In this document: in pieces, positions 17,453-26,463 of the stretch | Layout of the letters: each line of letters opens with the position of its first letter | Position numbering within the stretch: position 1 is the stretch's first letter | Origin: Steroidobacteraceae bacterium | GTDB lineage: Bacteria > Pseudomonadota > Gammaproteobacteria > Steroidobacterales > Steroidobacteraceae | Assembly: GCA_025451275.1 (NCBI GenBank) | Contig: JANWKR010000040.1 | Span: forward strand, 118 to 64,117 | Direction: 5' to 3' | DNA: 64,000 nucleotides | Translations under genes and position numbers: made by a program | The notes under the pieces: generated by a model | What the model saw: the letters and a program-made list of their open reading frames with translations, nothing else | What the model was told of the DNA's origin: nothing | Databases searched by the model: none

Positions 17453-19006
17453 TCAGTGCGCCGCGAGCGGACTCCCGCCTCCCTTGCCCTTCTTGACCAG
17501 CAGCAGCAGCGGCAGCATGGCCAGGAACAGGATGCCGAGAGTCTTGAAGTCGTCCAGATACGACAGGAGCGTCGCCTGCTGGACGGTCTGCGCGTAGATG
17601 CCGGCGAGGGTCGCCGGCGCATCCGGTGCGGCGCCGAGCATGCTGCCGACCTGGTGGGCGTAGTCGGGGTAGGCCGGATTGAGCGGCTGCAGCTGCTCGA
17701 CCAGCCGGCTCTGGTGGAACTGTGCGCGGCGCGTCAGCACCGTAGCGGCGAAGGAGATGCCGATGCTGCCGCCGAAGTTGCGCGCCAGGTTGATCAGCGC
17801 CGAGGCGTTGTTGGTCTTGTCCGGCGGCACGCCGCGAAATGCCATGGCGTTGATCGGCACGAACAGGAAGGGCAGCGCGATGGATTGCAGGATGCGCAGC
17901 CACATCAGGCGGCTGAACGAGACGCCGAGATAGACGTTGGTCATGAGCAGCAGGCTCGCGCCGCCGATGACGAGTCCGATGCCGGTCAGGATCCTAAGGT
18001 CCACCTTGTTGATCGAGCGCCCGACCAGGGGCAGGAGCAGGATCGTGGCGATGCCGCCCGGGGTGAGCACCATGCCGGCGTCCACCGCGCGATACCCCAT
18101 GAGCTGCTGCGTGTAGGCGGGCAGCAGGAAGGTGCTGCCGAACAGCATGAAGCCGAGCATCAGCATCAGCACGAAGGTCACCGCAAAGTCGGGATTCTTC
18201 ATCAGACGCAGATCGACCATCGGGTGCTCGTGGCTGAGCTCGCGCCAGATGAGCAGCGCGAACGCCGTCGCGGAGGCGATCGCGAGCGTCGCGATCAGCG
18301 GGGAGGAGAACCAGTCCGCGTCCTGGCCGCGGTCCAGCACCACCTGCAGGCAGCCGAGGCTCAGCGCCACGAAGCCGAAACCCCACCAGTCGACGGAGAA
18401 GGAGCTGGCACCGCGCTGCGGGCCGCTGTCCTTGATGAGCGGGATCACCAGCATGATGAGCGCCGCGCCGACCGGCACATTGATGAGGAAGATCCAGCGC
18501 CAGTCGTAGTTGTCGGTCAGCCAGCCGCCGAGGGTCGGGCCGACGGTCGGTGCCACCACCGCGGCAATGCCGTAGACGGCCGACGCCATGCCGCGCTTTT
18601 CTGCGGGGAAACTATCCGCGAGGATCGCCTGGCCGACCGGCTGCAGTCCGCCGCCGGCCGCGCCCTGCAGCGCGCGCAGCACGATGAGGGTCGGCAGGTT
18701 CGGGGCGAGGCCGCACAGGAGCGAGGCCAGCGTGAAGCCGGCGATGCAGGTGAGGAACAGGCGCTTGCGCCCGAAGGTGTTGGCGAGCCAGCCCGAGATC
18801 GGCATCACCACGGCATTGGTGACCAGGTAGCTGGTGAGCACCCACGTGGACTCGTTCTGGCTCGAGGAGAGCGCACCGGCGATATGCGGCAGCGCGACGT
18901 TGGCGATGGAGATGTCCATGATCTCCATGAACGCCGCCAGCGCCACCACCGGGGCGATCACCCACGGGATGTCGCTGGCGGCGGCGCGCGCCACCGCCGT
19001 GTTCAC
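17453..19006 (-). CDS. emrB: MFS (DHA2, 14-TM) multidrug efflux permease, EmrB/QacA type
   Basis: 517 aa. Motifs IANVALPHIAGAL and GWLANTFGRKRLF (MFS motif A). Many TM helices. 4-nt start/stop overlap with the upstream HlyD-type adaptor. Confidence 0.88.
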   Translation of the reverse strand: MNTAVARAAASDIPWVIAPVVALAAFMEIMDISIANVALPHIAGALSSSQNESTWVLTSYLVTNAVVMPISGWLANTFGRKRLFLTCIAGFTLASLLCGLAPNLPTLIVLRALQGAAGGGLQPVGQAILADSFPAEKRGMASAVYGIAAVVAPTVGPTLGGWLTDNYDWRWIFLINVPVGAALIMLVIPLIKDSGPQRGASSFSVDWWGFGFVALSLGCLQVVLDRGQDADWFSSPLIATLAIASATAFALLIWRELSHEHPMVDLRLMKNPDFAVTFVLMLMLGFMLFGSTFLLPAYTQQLMGYRAVDAGMVLTPGGIATILLLPLVGRSINKVDLRILTGIGLVIGGASLLLMTNVYLGVSFSRLMWLRILQSIALPFLFVPINAMAFRGVPPDKTNNASALINLARNFGGSIGISFAATVLTRRAQFHQSRLVEQLQPLNPAYPDYAHQVGSMLGAAPDAPATLAGIYAQTVQQATLLSYLDDFKTLGILFLAMLPLLLLVKKGKGGGSPLAAH

Positions 19007-20232
19007 AGGTGGCCTCGCTTGCCGTGATGGGTGTCCTGCTGCGCCAGCGCCTGCCCGTCCGCGCCGTCAGGATGGCCGAGGTTGGCCGCGACGATGCTGC
19101 TGATCGCCTGATCGGCGCCGGCTTCCTGGCTCTCGTAGACGTCGGTGTTGAGAACTGCCGGCCAGGCCGGCTGCTTGGACAGCGCCGCGCCGGACTGGTC
19201 GTGCACGTCGACCTCGACGTCGGTCGACAGGCCGAGGAACAGCGGGTGACGCTCGAGCTCGGCCGGGTCGAGACCGATGCGCACCGGCAGGCGCTGCACG
19301 ATCTTGATCCAGTTGCCCGAGGCGTTCTGCGCCGGCAGCACGGCGAGCGCGCTGCCGGTGCCGGCGGTGAGTCCCAGCACCTTGCCGTGGAAGTGCACCT
19401 TGGAGCCGTACATGTCGGCGGACACGTTCGCCGGCTGGCCGATGCGCAGCCCCGCGAGCTGGTTTTCCTTGAAGTTGGCATCGATCCACATGGATTCCAC
19501 CGGCAGGATGGCAAGCATCTCGGTCGCGGGGCTCACCTGCTGGCCGAGCTGCACGGCGCGGCGCACCACGTAGCCGGAGACCGGTGCCACGACGCGCGTG
19601 CGGGCTGCGGCCAGCCAGGCCGCGCGCAGCTGCGCCTCCGCCTGCAGCACGCGTGGGTGCGTGTCGGGAGTGGTGCCGGCGATCGCGGCGCGCGTGGCCG
19701 CCAGGGACGCCTGCGCCTGCGCCAACCCCGCCTGCGCCGCGTGCACCGCGTTCTGCTCGTGCTGCAGGGTCTCCTGCGAGACGCCGTGCAGGGCGATCAG
19801 CGGCCGGTCGCGCTCGACGTCCTGGTTCGCCTGGGCCACCTGCACGTGCTGGGTCTGCAGCGCGGCCGCGTTGCGCTGCGCCTCGGCGAACAGCTGCGCC
19901 ACGTCACGCACCGTCTCGGCGAGACTGGCCTTGGCCTGGGCGAGCGCCACCTGCGTATCGCGCGGATCGAGCTGCACCAGCACCTGGCCGCGGTGCACGA
20001 ACTGCGTCTCGTCGGTGCTGATCGCCGTCACGGTGCCGGCCACCTGCGGCGTGAGCCGCACCAGGTTGCCGTCGACGTACGCATCGTCGGTGCCGACGCG
20101 AAAGCGCGCCACGGTCAGGTAGTACAGTGCCCAGCCGGCGATCGCGAGCAGCGCCACGGCGCCGATGATGATCAGCGGACGGCGGTTGCGCGGCTTGGCC
20201 GGCGCCGGCTGCTGCGGGGTCTGCTCACTCAT
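19003..20232 (-). CDS. emrA: HlyD-family efflux adaptor, EmrA type
   Basis: 409 aa. N-terminal TM (PLIIIGAVALLAIAGWALYYL), TDDAYVDGNLVRLTPQVAGTV, a long coiled coil, and C-terminal NWIKIVQRLPVRI. Overlaps the OMF stop by 8 nt. Confidence 0.88.
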   Translation of the reverse strand: MSEQTPQQPAPAKPRNRRPLIIIGAVALLAIAGWALYYLTVARFRVGTDDAYVDGNLVRLTPQVAGTVTAISTDETQFVHRGQVLVQLDPRDTQVALAQAKASLAETVRDVAQLFAEAQRNAAALQTQHVQVAQANQDVERDRPLIALHGVSQETLQHEQNAVHAAQAGLAQAQASLAATRAAIAGTTPDTHPRVLQAEAQLRAAWLAAARTRVVAPVSGYVVRRAVQLGQQVSPATEMLAILPVESMWIDANFKENQLAGLRIGQPANVSADMYGSKVHFHGKVLGLTAGTGSALAVLPAQNASGNWIKIVQRLPVRIGLDPAELERHPLFLGLSTDVEVDVHDQSGAALSKQPAWPAVLNTDVYESQEAGADQAISSIVAANLGHPDGADGQALAQQDTHHGKRGHL

Positions 20233-21730
20233 GCTTGTCTCCTGAGGTGACCGCGGCGAGGGCGGCCGGGTCGTGGTTGGAATTCCACCAGCCGCCGCCG
20301 AGGGCGCGGAACAGCGTCGCGGTGTCGGTGAAGCGCTGCACGTCGGCCTGGACCTGGGTGAGCGCGGCCTGCTGGTACTGCTGCTCGGCGGTGAGCACCT
20401 GCAGCTCGGTGTACTTGCCGGCGCGATACTGGGCCAGCGCCAGGTCGCGGTCGTCGCGGGCCGCGCTCAGCGCGCTGCGGTGCGCGAGGTAGCTCTCGTC
20501 GTCGTGGCCGAGCGCCTGCAGGGCGTTGGCGACTTCGACGAAGGCGCCGAGGGCGGTGGCGCGGTAGTTGGCGAGCGCCTGCCGGTAGCGCTCCTCGGCC
20601 TCGTGCTCGCGCGCGCTGAGCGCGCCGCCGTGGAACAGCGGCGCCGTGACGTTGATACCCGCCGACCAGATCCCGCCCGGGCGGGTGAAGAAATCCGAGA
20701 GCGCGCTGGTCTGCTGCGCGTACTGCGCGGAAATGCCGAACGAGGGCAGGCGCGCGGCTGCCGCGACCCCGACCGCGGCGGAGGCCTGGTGCAGGGAGTC
20801 CTCGGCCGCCAGCACGTCGGGTCGCTGGCGCACCAGCGTCGAGGGCAGCGACAGGGGCAGCTGCGCGGGCAGCGTGAAGTCGCGTAGGGTGAGGGCGGGG
20901 GGTACGAACTCGTCGGGCGACTGGCCGCTGAGCTGCGCCAGCGCATTGCGGTAGGCGTCGCGCTGCTGATGCAGTGCCGGCAGCGTCGCGCGCAGGTTCT
21001 CGAGCTGCGTCTGCGCCAAGAGCGTGTCGCTGCGGGTGATCTTGCCGGCATTCTCCAGGGCCTGCGTAAGGTCGAACTGCGACTGCAGCTCATCCACGAG
21101 CGCCTGGGTGACCTCGATCTGCGCGCCGCTGGCGGCATAGTCGAAGGCCGTCATCACCACCTGGTCGACGAGCGTGACGTAGGTATTCAGCACCTGGTCG
21201 CGGGCCACGCCGGTGGCGGCCTGCTGCGATTCGATGGCGCGGCGCGTACCCCCGAAGACGTCGAGGTTGTAGGCGAGTGCGGGGCCGAGCTCGAAGCGGT
21301 TGCCGGTCTGATCGATGGCGTTCACCGGTCCGTACAGGAAGCTGCCGTTGATGTGGGCGCGGCCGACCTGGCCGGTGGCGTCGAACTGCGGCAGGGCCGC
21401 CCCCGCGACCGCCTGCAGCTCGTACTGCGCGGCCTTCAGGCCGTGACGGGCGGCCTCGAGGCTCGGGTTGCGCTCGAGGGCCGCGCGCACCAGCTGCTCG
21501 AGCTGCTCGGAGCCGTAGAGGCGATACCAGTCCGCGGCGACATCGCCGCCGTAGCTGATGCTGCGCGTGGCGCTCGGGGCCGGCGCGGCGTGGGCATAGC
21601 CCCCGGCAGGGGCTGCGGGACGGCTGAAGTCGGGGCCCAGGGTGCAGCCGCCGATGAGCAGGCTGACGGTGAACAGTCCGATCGCGAGCAGGCTGAGCGT
21701 GAGCGGGGGCAGGATGCGGCGCACGTACAT
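20225..21730 (-). CDS. Efflux outer-membrane factor lipoprotein (NodT/OprM family)
   Basis: 501 aa. Lipobox LLIGGC, two OEP-type repeats, RPDVLAAE motif, and C-terminal ALGGGW. Confidence 0.88.
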   Translation of the reverse strand: MYVRRILPPLTLSLLAIGLFTVSLLIGGCTLGPDFSRPAAPAGGYAHAAPAPSATRSISYGGDVAADWYRLYGSEQLEQLVRAALERNPSLEAARHGLKAAQYELQAVAGAALPQFDATGQVGRAHINGSFLYGPVNAIDQTGNRFELGPALAYNLDVFGGTRRAIESQQAATGVARDQVLNTYVTLVDQVVMTAFDYAASGAQIEVTQALVDELQSQFDLTQALENAGKITRSDTLLAQTQLENLRATLPALHQQRDAYRNALAQLSGQSPDEFVPPALTLRDFTLPAQLPLSLPSTLVRQRPDVLAAEDSLHQASAAVGVAAAARLPSFGISAQYAQQTSALSDFFTRPGGIWSAGINVTAPLFHGGALSAREHEAEERYRQALANYRATALGAFVEVANALQALGHDDESYLAHRSALSAARDDRDLALAQYRAGKYTELQVLTAEQQYQQAALTQVQADVQRFTDTATLFRALGGGWWNSNHDPAALAAVTSGDKHE

Positions 21731-21731
21731 G

Positions 21732-22280
21732 TCAGGTCTCCGGGTTGGCGGTGCGGCGCGCCCGCGGGCGCGCGGCCTTCACCAGCCCCGCCAGCGAGGG
21801 CAGGGCGGTGCTGGCGCCGGCCGCCTGCTGCAGGTGTCCGAGCAGGCGCTGCATGAGGGCGATGAGCGTGTCGACCTCCGCCTCCGAGAACGGCTCGACC
21901 AGCTCGTTGAGCAGCTCGACCACCAGGCGCTTGCCCTCGAGCGCGTGGCGGCGCCCCTCGGCGGTGATCGCGATCTCGACCGCGCGGCGGTCCTTGCGGC
22001 TGCGCTCGCGGCGCGCCAGGCCGCGCCGCTCGAGCTCGTCGACCACGCGGGTGAGGGCGCCCATGTCGTGACCGAGGTCCTCGGACAGGCGCGTCGCCGA
22101 GACGTGCTCGTGCTGTGCGAGCCCGATCAGGGCCAGCCACTGGGTGAAGGAGATCGGCAGCCTCTGGAAGCGCTTCTCCGCCACCTGGGTCATGAGCACG
22201 CCGCAGCGCTTCATGAGAAAGCCCACGCTGCGGCTCGGCTCGAGTGTCTCCTGGGAATAGTAGGGTTTGGGCTTACGCAT
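21732..22280 (-). CDS. MarR-family transcriptional regulator
   Basis: About 182 aa from ATG 22280 (MRKPKPYYSQETLEPSRSVGFLMKRCG...). Winged HTH region SATRLSEDLGHDMGALTRVVDELERRGLARRERSRKDRR. Its stop lies 1 nt before the OMF start. The track ORF opens at an upstream TTG. Confidence 0.85.
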   Translation of the reverse strand: MRKPKPYYSQETLEPSRSVGFLMKRCGVLMTQVAEKRFQRLPISFTQWLALIGLAQHEHVSATRLSEDLGHDMGALTRVVDELERRGLARRERSRKDRRAVEIAITAEGRRHALEGKRLVVELLNELVEPFSEAEVDTLIALMQRLLGHLQQAAGASTALPSLAGLVKAARPRARRTANPET

Positions 22281-22312
22281 GATTGCTCCGGCTAAATTTG
22301 CCGAGACTATAT

Positions 22313-22324
22313 TTGCCAAGGCAA
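22313..22324. promoter_or_regulatory. Palindrome TTGCC-AA-GGCAA upstream of marR (candidate MarR operator)
   Basis: Lies 33-44 nt upstream of ATG 22280 in an AT-richer patch. ATTTGCC is also directly repeated at 22296 and 22311. Confidence 0.35.
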
Positions 22325-22422
22325 GTAAAGTCAAGCGCGCCCTGGAACCGCGCGCCGGAGTTCATCAGGTGCACCCGCGCGGTGGGGTGCCTTAAGCTCG
22401 TGCGCGCCGTAGGGGAGGACGC

Positions 22423-23034
22423 ATGAACTGGCAGCTGTTCGCGGGTTTTCTTTTGATGACGCTGGTGCTGATTCTGGCGCCCGGTCCGATCGTGACGCTG
22501 GTGATCTCGACCGGGGCCACGCGCGGAGTGCGCGCGGCGCTCGTCACCGTGGCGGGTACCTCAACCGGCAACGCGTTGCTCCTGACCGCCATCGCGTTCG
22601 GCCTGGACTGGGTGCTGCGGCACGCGGCGTACCTGTTCGAGGTGCTGCGCTGGGCGGGCGTCGCTTACCTCATCTTGCTCGGCGTGCGTGCCTGGCGCAG
22701 CGCCGGTCACACGCAGCCGGCCGTGAGCGGCAACCAGGTGCACTTCTGGCGCGGCCTGACCGTGGCGCTCACCAACCCCAAGACACTGGCGTTCTTTACC
22801 GCGTTCCTGCCGCAGTTCGTCGACCCCACGCTGCCCGTGGCGCGCCAGCTGGCCGTGATGTGCGGGGTGTCCGTGGTGCTGGCCTCGCTCAGCGATTCCT
22901 GCTGGGCGGTGCTCGCGGGGCTGGGGCGCACCTGGTTCATGCGGCCGGCACGCGCCCGGCTGCTCGGGCGTGCCTCCGCCCTGACCCTGATCGGCGGCGG
23001 CGTGTGGCTGTCGCTGGCGCGCCGCCCGGCCTGA
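22423..23034 (+). CDS. LysE/RhtB-family amino-acid (or small-metabolite) exporter
   Basis: 203 aa, about 6 TM. N-terminus FLLMTLVLILAPGPIVTLVIS and LTNPKTLAFFTAFLPQFV are typical of the family. Confidence 0.85.
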   Translation: MNWQLFAGFLLMTLVLILAPGPIVTLVISTGATRGVRAALVTVAGTSTGNALLLTAIAFGLDWVLRHAAYLFEVLRWAGVAYLILLGVRAWRSAGHTQPAVSGNQVHFWRGLTVALTNPKTLAFFTAFLPQFVDPTLPVARQLAVMCGVSVVLASLSDSCWAVLAGLGRTWFMRPARARLLGRASALTLIGGGVWLSLARRPA

Positions 23035-23062
23035 AGCGGGTGCGCGGGGCGGCGGGGCCGCG

Positions 23063-25018
23063 CTAGGCGAGCTTGCTCTGCAGGTGCTGGGCGAGCTCGG
23101 CGATAGTCGGGAAGTCGAACAGCTCGGTCAGATCCACCCGGCCGGGATATTCCTTGTCGATCTGCTCGTGGATCTCGATGAGCTTCAGTGAGCTGGCGCC
23201 GATCTCGAACAGGTTGTCGTGCACGCCGACGCGCTTGCCCTCGAGGGCGGTGTCGCAGATGTTCTTGAGCTTCTCCTCGATCGCGGTGCGCGAGCCGGGC
23301 TCGGGTGCACGCTGCGCGGCGCGCAGCGCCGCGAGCTCTGCGAGCTCGGCGGCAAACTCGCCGTCGACGTAGCCGTCCTCCAGCAGGTGACGCTGGATCT
23401 TGCCGCTGGTGGTCTTGGGGATGCGCTTCACCGGCACGACGTCCGCGACCTCGAGCCCGGACTGCTCGTTCACGAGGCGCGCCACCTGCGCGGCGAGCGG
23501 CAGGAACTCCTCCATGGCGCCGCGGTGCAGTACGAACACCACCAGCTGCTCGGCGTCGCCGCCGCGCGGCCGCACGCCCGCGGCGACCACCTTGCCGAGC
23601 TCGAGACCCGGAGCGCGCTGCGCGATGGCCTCGAGGTCGTGCGGGTAGTAGTTCTGGCCGTTGACGAAAATGATCTCCTTGGCGCGCCCGGAGACGAACA
23701 GGTCACCGGCGTGCATCAGCCCCAGGTCGCCGGTGCGCAGCCAGCCGTCGGCGGTGAGTGCGGCGGCGTTGGCCGCCGGGTCCTCGTAGTAGCCGCGCGT
23801 GACGTTGTCACCGCGGATGTGCACGTGCCCGATGCGCTCGGCAGGCAGTTCGCGGTCCGTCTCGTCCGCGATGCGCACCCGGCAGTAGGGGATGGCCCGT
23901 CCCTCGGACACGAGGCGCACCGCGTCGCGGTCCGCCGCGTCGACGAGCTCCACCGCGCTGCCGGCGCTCATGCGGTGGCGGTTGAGCGCGATGGTCTTGA
24001 GGGGCGCGCCCAGCGGCGGAAAGCTCACGGCGAGCGAGGCCTCGGCGAGCCCATACACCGGGTACATGGCGTTGCGGTTGAGCCGCGCCGGCGCGAGCCG
24101 CGTCAGGAATTCGTCGCACAGCTCCACCGAGATCGGCTCGGCACCGTTGAAGATGAGGCGCACGGCCGACAGATCCAGTGCCTCGACCGGACGCTCGCCG
24201 AGCACCTTGAGGTAGTGCTTGTAGCCGAAGTTGGGCGAGCACAGGATGCTGGCGCGGATGCGCGCGGCGAAGGTGAGCCACAGCAGCGGGCGGCGCACGA
24301 ACAGCTCGGTCGGCATCAGGTGCGCGTGCACGCGGTTGGCGAACATGATCAGGTGGAAGCCGATGAGGCCCATGTCGTGGGTCAGGGGCATCCACGACAG
24401 GCTCACGTCACGCTCGGAGAAGCCCGCCACCTCGGTGGCGCCGTAGCAGTTGGCGAGGATGTTGCGGTGCGTGAGCACCACGCCCTTCGGCTCGCTGGTC
24501 GAGCCGGAGGAGAACTGGATGAAGGCGGTGTCGTCGGGCGCGACGCGCTGCACTTCGCCGGCGCGCGAGATGTCGTCGAGGTCATCGACCAGGAACACGC
24601 GCCGGCGCAGGCCCTCGTAGACCTCGCTCTCGCCGGCCTGTGCGGCGAAGCTGCCGATGCGCTCGAGCGAGCGCCGCTCGGTGTACAGGTACGGCTTGCC
24701 GAGGCGGCGCGCGATGCGCAGCAGCTTGTGGCGATGCTCGTCGCTGATCCCGAGCGCCACCGGCACCGGCACGATGCCGCCGAGGATGGCGGCCCAGAAC
24801 ACGTCGATGAACTGCTCGTTGTTGTTCAGGAACAGGATCAGCTTGTCGCCGCGCCGCGCGCCGAGCTTCTGCAGGTGATGCAGGATGCCGAGCGCGCGCT
24901 CGTAGAGTTCGGCGAACGACACCTCGCGGCTGTCGTTCTCACCCTCGAGGTAGGTGAGGGCGCGCGGCGCGGAGCGGTTGCCGGTGATGACTTCCGTGAG
25001 GGTCGTGGCTTTGGACAT
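23063..25018 (-). CDS. Fatty acyl-AMP ligase (FAAL) fused to a C-terminal carrier-protein domain
   Basis: 651 aa. Adenylation cores FSSGSTSEPKGVVLTH, WLRTGDLG, and GRAKEIIFVNGQNYYPHDLE (FAAL-like). The C-terminal roughly 80 aa have a phosphopantetheine motif LFEIGASSLKLIEI. Confidence 0.85.
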   Translation of the reverse strand: MSKATTLTEVITGNRSAPRALTYLEGENDSREVSFAELYERALGILHHLQKLGARRGDKLILFLNNNEQFIDVFWAAILGGIVPVPVALGISDEHRHKLLRIARRLGKPYLYTERRSLERIGSFAAQAGESEVYEGLRRRVFLVDDLDDISRAGEVQRVAPDDTAFIQFSSGSTSEPKGVVLTHRNILANCYGATEVAGFSERDVSLSWMPLTHDMGLIGFHLIMFANRVHAHLMPTELFVRRPLLWLTFAARIRASILCSPNFGYKHYLKVLGERPVEALDLSAVRLIFNGAEPISVELCDEFLTRLAPARLNRNAMYPVYGLAEASLAVSFPPLGAPLKTIALNRHRMSAGSAVELVDAADRDAVRLVSEGRAIPYCRVRIADETDRELPAERIGHVHIRGDNVTRGYYEDPAANAAALTADGWLRTGDLGLMHAGDLFVSGRAKEIIFVNGQNYYPHDLEAIAQRAPGLELGKVVAAGVRPRGGDAEQLVVFVLHRGAMEEFLPLAAQVARLVNEQSGLEVADVVPVKRIPKTTSGKIQRHLLEDGYVDGEFAAELAELAALRAAQRAPEPGSRTAIEEKLKNICDTALEGKRVGVHDNLFEIGASSLKLIEIHEQIDKEYPGRVDLTELFDFPTIAELAQHLQSKLA

Positions 25019-26328
25019 CAGCGGCGTTCCAGCCTCATGTGCAGCGGATGGCGCGTGCGCAGGTTGATCTGCGCCTCGAGCTCGAGGGGTTGGTCGGGTA
25101 CGTAGGCGAGCCGGTAGCGGCGCGCCACCATGTACAGGTGCATGAGCATTTCGTAGAGCGCGAAGGTCTCGCCGATGCAGTGCCGCGGGCCGGCGGCAAA
25201 GGGCATGTAGGCGAAGCGCGGCCGTTCGGCCTCGTGCTCCGGGCCGAAGCGCTCCGGCCAGAACCGCTCGGGCTCCTTCCAGAAGGCCGGGTGCCGGTGC
25301 AGCAGGTACAGCGGCAGCAGCACGTTGGTCTTGGGCGGCACCGGGAAGCCTCCCAGCACGTCCGCCTCGATGGTGCGGCGCGACAGCAGCCAGCCGGGCG
25401 GGTACAGGCGCAGCGCCTCGTCGATCACCTGGCGCGTGTAGGTGAGTGCCTCCATCTGCTCCAGACCTGGGGCGGCCAGCGGCGCTGCGGCATCGAGCTC
25501 GGCGTGCAGGCGCGCCTCGGCCTCGGGGTGCTGCGACAGCAGGTACCAGGTCCAGTTGAGCCCGCTGGCGGTGGTCTCGTGGCCGGCCACGATGAGGGTC
25601 ATGACCTCGTCGATCAGCTCGCGCTCGCCCATGGGCTCGCCGGTCTCCTTGTCGCGCGCGCTCATCAGCATGGCGACGTAGTCGAAGTGCTCCTCGGGCT
25701 CGGCACGGCGCCGCGCGACCAGCCTGGCCACCAGCTTGGTGAGCTGGCGGAACTTGTAGGCGAACTGCAGATCACGCGACTGCTCCTTGGTCACCACCTC
25801 GAAGGGGTTGCCGCCGAGCTCGGCGCTCAGGCGGTCGAGATCGGTGCCGAAAATGGCGCGCAGCACGATGGTGAGGGTGAGCTCGCTCATCTCGTCGGTG
25901 AGATTGACCGACTCGCCGCGCCCGGCGAGGGTGTCCCAGCGCTCGAGGAAGCGCTCGTTGGCCCGGGCGATCACCCCGGCAAAGCCGGTGATGACGCGGC
26001 GGTGGAAGTAGGGCTGCATCATGTAGCGCTGGCGCTTCCACAGCTCCCCCTCGCTGGTCATGATGCCCTTGCCGAGCAGGATCTTGACGCGGTCGAGGCC
26101 GACGCCCTTGGTGTAGTTGCGGTGGTTGGAGACCAGCACCCGCTTCACGTCATCCGGGTGGTGGATGACATAGGTATAAGATCCGCGCGCGGGCACGAAC
26201 ACCCGGTAGGTGTCGCCATGGCGGGCGAACAACTCGATCATGCGCTCCAGGGAATCGTCCGTGGAGCCGATGTCGAACTGCTGCTCGGCCTCCGGGGGCC
26301 GGGGATTCGCGGATGCGGCGGCGGTCAT
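25018..26328 (-). CDS. Cytochrome P450 (CYP4/CYP102-like fatty-acid-hydroxylase type)
   Basis: 436 aa. I-helix LIVAGHETTASGL, EXXR (EALR in IDEALRLYPP), PERF (WPERFGPE) and heme loop FAAGPRHCIGETFA. Its stop overlaps the FAAL start (TGATG). Confidence 0.9.
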   Translation of the reverse strand: MTAAASANPRPPEAEQQFDIGSTDDSLERMIELFARHGDTYRVFVPARGSYTYVIHHPDDVKRVLVSNHRNYTKGVGLDRVKILLGKGIMTSEGELWKRQRYMMQPYFHRRVITGFAGVIARANERFLERWDTLAGRGESVNLTDEMSELTLTIVLRAIFGTDLDRLSAELGGNPFEVVTKEQSRDLQFAYKFRQLTKLVARLVARRRAEPEEHFDYVAMLMSARDKETGEPMGERELIDEVMTLIVAGHETTASGLNWTWYLLSQHPEAEARLHAELDAAAPLAAPGLEQMEALTYTRQVIDEALRLYPPGWLLSRRTIEADVLGGFPVPPKTNVLLPLYLLHRHPAFWKEPERFWPERFGPEHEAERPRFAYMPFAAGPRHCIGETFALYEMLMHLYMVARRYRLAYVPDQPLELEAQINLRTRHPLHMRLERR

Positions 26329-26463
26329 GCAAGCTGTTGAAAGCCAAACCTTAATCTTATATCACACGTGCGCCGCCGACTCGCCCCGGCGCCCGGCCGC
26401 GCGCGGCGCGGGCATCGCGGCCGCGCGCCTTGCGTCCCGGCCTGGCTGGAGGTTCCTCACCGC

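Noticed and set aside
17394-17903. N-terminal 170 codons of the 307-aa ORF that ends as the Fur-family gene
   Set aside because: They run into the emrB coding region and are Arg/Pro/Ala junk. The Fur-like domain starts cleanly at ATG 17393.
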